Positions 13,201 to 25,200 of a stretch of 39,464 nucleotides of DNA are shown here, in pieces. The notes beneath the pieces are model-generated. The model was not told where the DNA came from. It searched no databases and saw nothing but the letters and a program-made list of their open reading frames with translations. The position numbers and the translations under genes were made by a program. How positions within the stretch are numbered: the stretch's first letter is position 1; the number at the start of each line of letters is the position of its first letter. The stretch comes from Chiloscyllium plagiosum (taxonomy: Eukaryota): NCBI RefSeq assembly GCF_004010195.1, contig NC_057754.1:4465681-4505144 (forward strand), read 5' to 3'.

Positions 13201-16200
13201 GAAGCGGGGATATTCACTGCTGACTGCACAATGTTCAGCACCATTCATAACTATTCAGATACTGAAACAGCCTGTGTCCAAATGCAGCAAGACCTGGACG
13301 ATATCCAGGTTTGGGTCGACAAGAGGAAAGTACCTTTTGCACCACGTTAAGTGCCAGGCTAAAACAGCAGCTCAGAAGCCAGGAATTCTGCAGCACGTAA
13401 CTCAGTAATTTGTTTCACATAATTTCCTTAAGGAAGCACCCAGATATATTTTACATGTTTAGAAGTGCTATATAAACACAAGTTGTTGTTGGAGACTGGG
13501 CAGATTCCCAGAGGAAGAGCGGATGGGTGCGACAGTTCTGTTCCAACAGAAGCCCAGCAGCAGGATGACCGAGGAATAGTCCCTTGTCTTTGTGATCCAG
13601 AAAAACCGAGGGAGCAGTGGCTAACTCACACCCCACAGTGTCCAAGACCTGAACAGAGGCCTGGAAAGAAATGGAGCAATGAAACACACATAACAAAAGG
13701 TAGGAGCTGACTACCAGTGGCCTCATGGGCTGTTGCTATGGGTTCCAATGGATTAATGTGAATTAGATCCAGTTACCACAGGGTTTTTTCTGTGCCGTGA
13801 GTCGAGGAGAAAGCTGCGGAGGTCTCCGTGAGGCATGAAAGGAAGGATGACCATCGGCATTGGTATTTGTCCTGCAGAGCAAACTTCGAGTGATATCCCT
13901 ATGGAAAATAGAGAAATAACCAATGTCAACCCACAACCACTGAGCGTTCCCAACAGGAACAGAGAATAATTGATGATATTTATGCTTCATTGATCAAGGT
14001 GTACAGAAAGTGAGGAAGTTATGCTGAACCTTTATAAATCACTGATTTAACCTCAGCTGGAGTATTGTGTCCAACTCAGGGCATTACATTGTAGGAAACA
14101 TATTAAAGTCCTAGTGAGGTTGAGTGGTGACGTTATAGAGTTTATAAAACAATGAGGGCTGTAGATAAGGTGAATAGTAGTGTCTTTTCCCGAGGGGGGA
14201 GCATTTCAAGACTAGGGGACATATTTTTAAGGTGAGAGGAGAAAGATTCAAAACAGACATGAGGGGCAACTTCTTTTACACAGACTGTGGTTCGTGTGTG
14301 GAATGAATTTTCAGAGGGAGTGGTGGATGTGGATGGGGTTACAATGTTTAAAAGACGTTTGAATAGGTTCATGAATATGAAAGGTTTCGAGGGATTTGAG
14401 CCAAGCGCAGGCAGATGGGACTACTTTAATTTGGGATTATGGTCAGCACAACTAGTTGGACCAAAGGATCTGTTTCCATGCTGTATGACTCGATGACTCG
14501 AAGTGCTTAGAAGAAATGTATACAATGCTGAATGGTGTACCAAGATCTCAATTGCATGTAGAGACACAAGCATGGTTCTGTTTATATGTACATGTGAATT
14601 AAGAGCAGGAGTAGGCCACTTGGCCCCTCGACCCTACTCCACCATTCAGTAAGATGGTGCTGATCTGTTAGGGTGGCATGGTGGCTCAGTGGTTAGCACT
14701 GCAGCCTCACAGTACCAGGACCTGGGTTCAAGTCCTGACTCAGGTGATTGTTTTTGTGGGGTTTGCACATTGTCTACATTGGTTTCCTCCCACAATCCAA
14801 AGACGTGCAGATTGGGGTGGATTGGCCATGCTCAATTGCCCATTGTGTTGGGTACATTAGTCAGATAAATGTATGGGAATGGGTCTGGGTGGGTTACTCT
14901 TCGGAGGGTCGATGTGGATTTGTTGGTCTGAAGGGCCTGTTTCCACACTGTAGGGAATCTAATCTAATCATGATTACCCTATATTTCTGCTAACTCTCAT
15001 AATCCTTAACTCCCTCACTTATCAAGAATCTATCTTCCTCTGCCTTAAAAATATACAATGATTCTACTTTTACTTCCTTTTGAGAATTATGGCCGACCGA
15101 GAAAAAGAAATTCTCATCTCTGTCATAAATGGGTGACCCTTTATTTTTAAACAGTGACCCTATTTTTCGATTCTCCCACCACAGGAAACACACTCTCCAC
15201 ATCTGCCCCTCAGGATCGGATATTTTCCAATCAAGTCACCTTCTACTCTTCTTACCTCAGCAGACACAAGTCTGTCAAACCTGTCCTCAGAAGAAAAGCC
15301 AGGTATTACTCTGGTAAACCTTCTCTGAACTGCTTCCAACACATTAACGTCCTTCTTTATTATAAGGTGACCAGTACTGTACACAGTACTCCAAATGTGA
15401 TCCCACCAAATGCCCTGTGTAACTGAAGCATTGCCTCCCAAGTTAAAGTGGAGATTTAATCAGGAACAGTTTTGATAAGGGTGACCAAGGATAAATCGTC
15501 CCATTGGCTGGGGGATCAATAACCTATTGTCACAGACTTAAAGCAGGAGAAAATGAGGACTGCAGATGCTGGAGAATTTCCGAGCAGAATTTCCGAAAAG
15601 CCACTGGATAGATCTTAAGAAGAAAACACTGTAAGGCTATTAGAAGAGGGCAGGGAAGTAGGACTAATATTCAACTCTTTCATGGATCTAGTAAAGGCAT
15701 AATGAGCCAAATGACCTCTATCTGTGCTTTATGATTCCATGATTCTAAAATCACAAAATTTTTTTTCTTTCTCATTCATTCTGTTAAGATTCTGAACTCT
15801 ATAAAGCCTAAATCTACTTTAGCTTAAAAGCTTGCTCCCACAGAATCAGACAGTATGGAAGAGGCCCTTCGGGGGTGGGGGAGGCGGCCAGAACTGTTCT
15901 AAATCTACACTTGACCCACTTCCCAGCACTAGGCGCAGAGCTTTGAATATTGTGGGATTTCAATTGCTCATCCAAGTACCTTTCAAAGGTTATACCACAT
16001 CTTGAATGCTCTTTTTCCAGTTAATAGACAAATGGAACCTAGTCATTCGATCCTATCTCATCTCTAACCACAAATGCTCATCCCCAGACATCATTCATCA
16101 ATTGAAACTTGTTACAAATACTCTATCCTACCTTTAATATAAGGTAAACATGGAGAAAATTATTCTGCACATGCGGGAGACCAAAATTAGAACTAAATGA

Positions 16201-19200
16201 CAGCACCTCCCAAAGCTGCAGCCAGGTAGGTGAACAAGAACATGACATTCAAGCAACTGTCATCACTTCCAAATTCCCCTCCAAGCCAGACGCACACATT
16301 AGCACAACAGAACCCCCCTGGTCCTCACCTTCCACTCCACCAATCTCCGTATGCATCACATCATCCTCTGCCATTTCCGCCACCAGGAATTAATTTCCAT
16401 CTCCAACCCTTATCCACTTTCCGTAAAGATTGTTCCCTCCATGACTACCTCATCAGGTCCACGAACCCTGACAACCCTCCCTCCCTCCCTCCCTGGTACC
16501 TTGTCCTGCCACTGCAGGAATTGCAAAACCTGCACCAACACCTCCTCCCTCACCTCCATCCAAAGCCCCAAAGGAGCCTTCCACATCCATCAAAGTTTCA
16601 CGGAGCCTTCCACATCCATCAAAGTTTCACCTGCACTTCCACACATGTCATTTACTGTATCCGTTGGTCCCAATGTGGTCTCCTCTACATTGGGGAGACA
16701 GGACGTCAACTCGCAGAGTGCTTCAGAGAACATCTCTGAGACACCCGCACCAATCAACCCTACTGCCCCGTGGCCGAACACTTCAACTCCCCCTCCTGCT
16801 CTGCCGAGGACATGCAGGTCTTGGACCTCCTGCATCGTCACTCCCTTATTACCCAATGCCTGGAGGAAGAACGCCTCATCTTTCACCTCGGAACACTTCA
16901 ACCCCAGGGCATCAATGTGGACTTCACCAGTTTCCTCATTTCCCCCTCCCCCCACCTTATCTCAGTTCCAACCTTCCAGCTCAGCATTGCCCTCATGACC
17001 CATCCCATCTGTCCATCTTCCTTCCTATCTATCCGGTCCACCCTCCCCTCTGACCTATCACCTTTATCCCCACCTCCACCTTCCTATTGCACTCTCAGCT
17101 CTCTTCTCCCCAGCCCCAACCCCACCCATTTATCTCTTCACCCCCGAGGCTCCCAGCCTCCTTCCTGATGAAGGGTTTTTGCCCGAAACATCAATTTTCC
17201 TGCTCCTTGGATGCTGCCCGACCTGCTGTGCTTTTCCAGCACCACACTCTTGATACTACTTCCTCCATCATTGTCAAGTCAAAATCCCGGAACTCCCTAA
17301 CAGCAAGATTTTTACCCAAAGATTGCTGCAGTGGTGAAGAAGCATTTTTCCATTTAGTGACGAGCATCAAAACTCTGGGCTTGCTAGTAGCACAATTTTT
17401 TTGTTTTAAAATAAAGCTTTATGTTTAATTTCTATGCAAGTAATTCTTCCAGTAAGAGAGGCAAATGACGTAACCTACCTGGTGAAAACAACTCTACTCA
17501 AAGTATGGCCTTTGAATGACCTCTGAACTGGCTCCTATAACAGTCTCTGGCTGATAAATGTGGCTCTGAGCCTCAGTTAAAGCCCTTCCTGGCTGTTGCC
17601 TACACTGGGATTTATCGCAGACCCCCTTCCTATCCTTGATCACCAGCAAAACAAGGCAGATTTGTATTAGGAAGCAGGATTGTCTCAGTTTCCCAAGTGA
17701 AAACACATGTCATTGGCAAACTCCATGCTTTGTACCGATAAGTCTGAGGACATTTGGATGGTCGAAGCCTTGCATCAATTCTGCTTCCCTTAAAAAGGAC
17801 TCCAGCTCTGGCTTTGAATCAAGTCCGTCTGAAAGAGAACGAGAAGATTTCAAAACAAATTAATCCCATGAAAGATGCATTGCAATAGAATGTTAATTGT
17901 GGTCTTGACTCATTCTCAGGCCAGGTTGGTCATTTCAAAAGTTATGCCTGTGGTAAAAGGGAGCTCCAGACATCTCTTTCTTGTGGATAGAGTTTAACGA
18001 CTTCTCAGTCACACAGCTCATTCCAGACCTTGGTGTTGCAAGCACTGCCTGTACAGCTTCTACCTGGCTAATCTGGCACTGTCTGGTCCTGCAACCTCAC
18101 TGCTTCTGAACATAGAACATAGAACAGTACAGCACAGAACAGGCCCTTCAGCCCATGATGTTGTGCTGACCACTGATCCTCACGTATGTACCCTCAAATT
18201 TCTGTGACCATATGCATGTCCAGTAGTCTCTTAAATGTCCCCAATGACCTTGCTTCCACAACTGCTGCTGGCAACGCATTCCATGCTCTCACAACTCTCT
18301 GTGTAAAGAACCTGTCTCTGACATCCCCTCTATACTTTCCTCCAACCAGCTTAAAACTATGACCCCTCGTGTTAGTCATTTCTGCCCTGGGAAATAGTCT
18401 CTGGCTATCGACTCTATCTATGCCTCTCATTATCTTGTACACCTCAATTAGGGCCCCTCTCCTCCTCATTTTCTCCAGTGAAAAAAGTCAGAGCTCAGTC
18501 AACCTCTCTTCATAAGATAAGCCCTCCAGTCCAGGCAGCATCCTGGTAAACCTCCTCTGAACCCTCTCCAAAGCATCCACATCTTTTCTATAATAGGGCG
18601 ACCAGAACTTGGAATACCAGCAGTATTCCAAGTCCGGTCTAACCAAAGTTTTATAGAGCTGCAACAAGTAAACCTCCTCTGAACTCTCTCCAAAGCATCC
18701 ACATCTTTCCTATAATAGGGCGACCAGAACTGGACGCAGTATTCCAAGATGGTCTAACCAAAGTTTTATAGAGCTGCAACAAGATCTCACGCCTCTTAAA
18801 CTCAATCCCCCTGTTAATGAAAGCCAAACACCATATGCTTTCTTAACAACCCCATCCACTTGGGTGGCCATTTTAAGGGATCTACGTACCTGCACCCCAA
18901 GATCCCTCTGTTCCTCCACACTGCCAAGAATCCTATCCTTAATCCTGTACTCAGCTTTCAAATTCGACCTTTCAAAATGCATCACCTCGCATTTATCCAG
19001 GTTGAACTCCATCTGCCACCTCTCAGCCCACCTCTGCATCCTGTCAATGTTCCGCTGCAGCCTACAACAGCCCTCTTTACATTTCGAATATTTACTTCCT
19101 TCGTAATTTTTCACAAATGCAGTTCTGTTCTATACATAACAAGAAAACCAATAAACATTGGAGTTTGACTCTACCCAAATAAACCAAAAACATCTCTTAC

Positions 19201-22200
19201 ACATACAAGACTATATTTACATACATTTGAGGAACTGGGAGGGTCCAATAGCTGAATGGACACCCAATTAACTTCAGCAGGAAGACCTTAGACAGCAGTC
19301 TTCCCCACTACACCTTGGTGGCAGCTGTCCCAAGCATCAGTGCATACATCAGCACGTAGCCCAGGACCTTGGAATGTGCCAGTCTGCACTCTCAGTTGAG
19401 GTCAACTCCTTGCTCTGGAAAACCAACAAGTTTTGGGCATAGAAAAGAGCGTCTTTGACTAAATTGATGGTCATCCAGGCGCAGTCGATGTTTGTCTTGC
19501 TGTGTGTCCCAGGGAACAGACCATAGAGCAGAGAGTCCTGTGTCATGGAACTGCTTGGGATGAGCCTTGACAAAAACCCGCACTGCTTCTGAAGGTTTTC
19601 TGAAAACCTTATAGTTCTCTGTGCCCTACCCTCCTAAAAGCTGCACCAGTATGAACTTTTCAATGAACATGGGTCAAATTCCAAGTGGCCTTGTGAGCAG
19701 TGGCAGTGTCCCTACCTCTAGGATAGAGGGTCCAAGTTCAAGTCCCACTTACCCCAGAGGTGTGTCACAACATGTGATCTTCGCCCTATACAAGCAGCTG
19801 CATCACTGGTTCATGCAAAGTTATTGTTTGGGTCATGAGATCATTGCGTCTGCACATGCCCAGTCTGCACTCACATGAAGCATTGTGAGCAGCTTAAAGA
19901 CTGCAACACCTACAAAGCAGATCATATATATTCTCAAAAGCAACTGCTTCACATCTCATTTTATGTCGGACATCAATTTGTAAACATGATAAAATAAACT
20001 CCTGTGCTGACTCTGACCTGTGACCTCCCATGGTCCTGGGAAATCTGCCATCCAGATCTGAGGCATCCAGATTTCACAGGTTCAATCGAATAACATATCT
20101 GAGCAGGTTGATAGAAAATATCTCAAATTCATTCTCTAATGAAGCAGCATGTTTTTTGTCACATACATGACAACACTACAACACAAGAGAATAGACAGTG
20201 TTGAAATGAGGCAATGTTTTGCTTTAGAACAACATGCTACTAGAATGTAAGCCAATACGTTTAATGTTGTTTGATGCATTTTGTGTGGTATTCTTAAACC
20301 TTCAGATCAAATTCCTCCCTTCATCAAATTCCTTCCTGTTTTCTCCCACTGCAGAGAATCCAACTGACTAACCCTCTTCCTATTCATTTCCACGACACAG
20401 AATCCCAGCCGACCAACGCCCTTACCATCGGCTCGCACTGTTCAGAATCCCAACAGATCAACCTTTTTCCATTCACTCCCACCACACAGAATCCCAACAA
20501 ATTAACACCGTTCCCATTCACTCCCACTGCTTAGAATCCCAATGGATCCAGCCCCTTCCTATTCACTCCCACTACACAGAATCCCAATGGACTAACCCCC
20601 TTCCCACTTACTCCCACCAGACAACATCTCAGTGGATCAACCTCTTTCCTATTCACTCACATAGGATCCCAACTGGGCGAATTCCATTCCCATTCATTGC
20701 TACTATCTCGAATCCAAGCCACTTCTTGTTCATTGCACACCCCATAGATTCCAAAGGATCAAATCTTTTCCTCCACGTATAAAATCTCAACAGATCGAAT
20801 GTCCCATCACTCAAAGACTTCAATACCAAATACCTTTTCACCAGTTATCTTAACCCACTGCAGCATGTCTTAAATTCTTCAAGATCTGACTCCACAGGTT
20901 TCTAACTTACGTTTCATTGTCTTAACAGCGACGTTCTGGTTGATGCCCGTGGATTGCTTGAGTATTCCCTGGTACACTGAGCCAAATTCACCTAAATACC
21001 AGGGATAAGAGACAGAAGGGTCAGCACACCAATACTGTTCCAGCTGCCATGAACAATATCATCCTCTGAATTAAACTGGAAAACTTTGTTGGCAATTGCT
21101 GTGCGCTCTGTCTAGCATGGTACTGACCCCTGCACACCTGGATAGCCTGTACCAAGTTAGCCACTCTCAGGTAAGACTATACTTGAGGGGGAATGAGCAT
21201 TTGGAGTGTTACTTTGTTGATAGGGAGAAGAGAGACAAGTATTTGACAGTGGTGGGAGTGGGGAGGAAACCAGAGTTCCTGCACCTGATCTTTTCCCAGT
21301 GACTTCAGTTGTGACAGGTAGCAACAGAATCGAGTCGCACTGTTGTGACACCCTCACGATCAGTGGAGGCTCAGACACAGAGGTCCTGGAAGGATTTAAG
21401 TGCTCATCGAACTGTAGTACAGCAAGACAATGCCACCAGGAAAAGATGGGAGGAAATGAAACCAGACATTGAATTAATGAGAAACACAAAGCTAAGGGCA
21501 TGAAGCAGAAGAGACGGCAATGGGCATTTCAGAAGCAGAGGTCAAAGAGCCATTGTCTTTTTGGAGATGTACAGCAAACCTTCCTCAGTCCGTGGACCAT
21601 CATTCACATACGTGCTGCTTATCACGGATGCAACCTTTGTGATCCGAACACAGCATATGCATGTATTGCCTTAGGAGTCAGCTGCAGACAGAGTGGGTAG
21701 CATCTTTTGCCTCTGGGCTGGAAATGCTGTGACCGGAAAGAGAGGTGTGGCACCATGTTAATGTCCATGGACTAGTAATCCACCCAGGACATGGGTTCAA
21801 ATCTCACCCATGGCAGCTGGTGGAATTTGAACATGATTCCTGGAATTCTATAAGGGTGGGAAATCTGCAGTCCTTACCTGGTCTTGCCTCCACGTGACTC
21901 CAGATCCTCAATGATATGCTTGACTCTGAAATGGGCTAACTACATAGTCCAAAGGCAATTAGGTTTGGACAATAAATGCCATATCCCATGAAACAATACA
22001 TTTTGAAAATGTCACACTTCAGAGACATGAGGACCTAATCGATGTTGACACTCTCAGTTATGTCTTTTGGGCTTGGTAACTTGAGGTCCAGCTGCCTTTT
22101 CAGTCAGACAGAAAAGATCCCACAGTTACTAATCATAAACGTACAGGAGAGTTCTGTCAATATTTATCCCTCAAACACCTCACCAACGCAATTTGTCTGA

Positions 22201-25200
22201 TTGTTGTTTGTGGAAGCTTGCGGTGTCTGAAATAGGCTGCCAGGTTTCAACATTTCGACCAGTGACGACGCTTCAGAAGTACCTTGTTAGCTGCCATGCA
22301 TTTTGTTGAGAAAGGTGCTCGATAAATGCAAGGCCTCTTTCCTATTTCCACATACCTTCGCCAAGGATTTGACCCAGGGACAGAGAGCTCCTTTCCACCA
22401 TCACCTTCTTCAGGTTCAGCTTCAGAGAGTCACTGATACCGAGATGCTGCACTAGAAATAAAAAAAGCAAGATATGATCAGAGGAGGCAGCGTACGGCAA
22501 GAAGACGTGACAAAGAAATGTGAGCGTGCCAGAGAGAAAGAGAGAACAGGGACAAGGGTGGAGAAAGAGGAGTGGCAGAGAAGCACTGAGACCAGTAAGA
22601 AAGAAGGAAGGAAAGGAATACGTAAAGTCATTGAGTCATAGAGGTTAACAGCACGGAAACAAACCCTTTGGCTCAAACTGCCCAAGACATCCAGTTTTCT
22701 CAATTAAACTAATCTCACTTGCCTGTGTTTGGTCCATATCCCTCCAGACCCATCCCATCCATGTACTGTCTGAATGTTTCTTAAATGACAAAACTGTACT
22801 CACCTCCACCACTACCTCTGGCAGCCCGTTCCAGACACTCACCACCCTCTGTGTGAAAAAATTGCCCCTCTGGACCCTTTTGTATCTCTCTCCTCTCACC
22901 TTAAACCAATGCTCTCTAGTTTTGGACGCCCCTAGCAATGGGAAAAGCTGTTGGTTAACTACCATTTCTATGCCCCTCATGATTTTACATACCTCTATAA
23001 GGTCACCCCTCAGTCTCCTCTGCTCCAGGGAAAAGAATCCCAGCCTCTTCTTATAACTCAAACCTTCTAGTCTAGGTAGCATCCCAGTAAACCTTTTCTG
23101 TGCTGTTTCTGGTTTAATAATATTCTTTCTACAGCAGGGCGCCCAGAACTACTCGCATGTGGCCTCACCAACGTCTTGTACAGCTGCAACAAGACATCCC
23201 ATCTCCGACACTCAATGCTCTGACTGATGAAAGCTCCACGCCAAAAGCCTTCTTCACCAGCCTGTCTTCCTGTGACTCCTGCCTACCTGAATACTTGTAC
23301 AGAAGAACATACAGACTGAACCGTGGCCAATCCAATGACTTACATCGGCCCTCTTCAGTTTCCTTCCTGTAGGATCTTCCTGTGTTGAGTGGGACCAGCT
23401 GTGATTTTGTTCCTGTTTTGCACCTGGGAAATGAATTGTGTAGAGAAATCTATCCAAGACAAGTTAAAACCTTATGGTCACATACACTTCCTGCCCAGAA
23501 GAACATACTTTCTGCTGTCAAGTTGGTGTCCCATATTTTGAGTCAACTTTTTCCATTATAAATTTCTATGGTCTGCATGTGTAATAGAAGTTACCCACAT
23601 AGTATTGAGTCTACAGCACAGATACAAGCCATTCAACCCAACCTCTCATGTCGGTGTCATTCTCCATTGATACTTCTCTCTTCTTCTCACCCATTGGTTT
23701 CTAACCCAATAATAACTCTTTACTATTCCTTTTTTGTTCATGTGTTTATCTGAGATGGAGCGAACAGGAGCAGCAGTAGGCCATTTGACAGATCGAGCCC
23801 ACTTTGCCATTGCTATGATCATGGCCCGATGCCCAATTGCAATACCACCCTCCTGTGCTCCCCCCATGCCCATTCAGTGTTTAGAAATGTATTTCTTTTT
23901 TAAGTATATGTAGTGACTTGGCCCCAACAGCCTCATGCTGTGGAGCATTTCACAGGTCCATCAGCTTCTCAGTGAGGACATTTCTTCTCATCACCGTGCT
24001 AAATGTCCCCTTCTACATCCTGAGGCTGAGTCATCTTATTCTAAACCCCCCAGGGCATGTATCAGCTCTGCATCCAATCTCTCCAGCCTGTCAGAATTCT
24101 TTGTTCAATGCAATCACCTTTCCCTTCCAAACTCCAGGGCATACAGGCCTGGCTGACCCAGTCTCGCCTCACACGACAACCCTGCCATCACAAAGATGAG
24201 CATTTACTATACTCTCTCCCTCAGAACTATACTTCTTCTGAGGTAAGGAGACTAAAGCTGCACAAAATACTCTAAGTCTAGTCTCACCAAGGCTCTGTAC
24301 AGCTGCAGCAAGATACCCCTGCTCTTGTACTCAAATTCTCTTGCAACAAAGGCCAACATATCATTTACATTCTTAACTGCTTGCTGTACCTGCATGCTTG
24401 TTTTTAGTGACCGGTGTAAAAGGACACCCAGTGGGTTCCTTTCTATATAAAATTTCCCAATCTATCATAATTTAAGTCATATTCAGCCATTCTGTTTTCC
24501 TACCAAAGTGAATAACTGCACACGTATTCATGTTATTTTCCCGTTCATGCAACTTGTCCAAATCACCTCTTTAGATCCGCCACACCATTCATCTGGTTTC
24601 ACTTTAATTGTGTCTATGTATCTATCAATGCCTCTCCATGGGCTCGATAGGGTGGAATCTAGAACTGGGGGCACTGTTTCATAGTAAAAAGCTTTAGGAT
24701 TGAAATGCAAAGTAATTTCTTCACTGAGAGGGTGGTGAGTCTTTGGAATTTTCTACCTCTGAGGGTGGTGCAGTCTCAGTCATTCAGGATATAGAACAAT
24801 AGATTTCTAGACATTAAAGATACCAAGGGGTCGGGATATAATGGCATTCAGGTAGAGAATCAGCCAACGATCCAGTTGAGGAGGTTCAATGGGCAAAATG
24901 GCCTATCCCTACTTCTATTTTCTATGTTCCTATTTATCTCTTCTGCTTTGTGTGGGTGTGGGTATATCAGAGAGTGTTACAGTGAGGGGTGTGGGGTATA
25001 TCAGAGAGTGTTACAGTGAGGGGTGTGGGGTATATCAGAGAGAGTTACAGAGAGGGGTGTGGNNNNNNNNNNNNNNNNNNNNNNNNNNNNNNNNNNNNNN
25101 NNNNNNNNNNNNNNNNNNNNNNNNNNNNNNNNNNNNNNNNNNNNNNNNNNNNNNNNNNNNNNNNNNNNNNNNNNNNNNNNNNNNNNNNNNNNNNNNNNNN

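Noticed and set aside
14670..14745. tRNA genes at SINE heads (also about 5850-5910, 8690-8757, 38290-38363)
   Set aside because: The A/B-box sequences continue into SINE body and LINE-type tail and do not form a full cloverleaf.
16230..17168. Functional GIY-YIG nuclease gene
   Set aside because: It is frameshifted, contains a stop and a 29-bp duplication, and is a decayed Penelope-like element.
955..22451. Assigning the symbol MERTK, AXL or TYRO3
   Set aside because: The kinase is TAM-like but the signature, tail and ectodomain differ. Orthology needs phylogeny and synteny.
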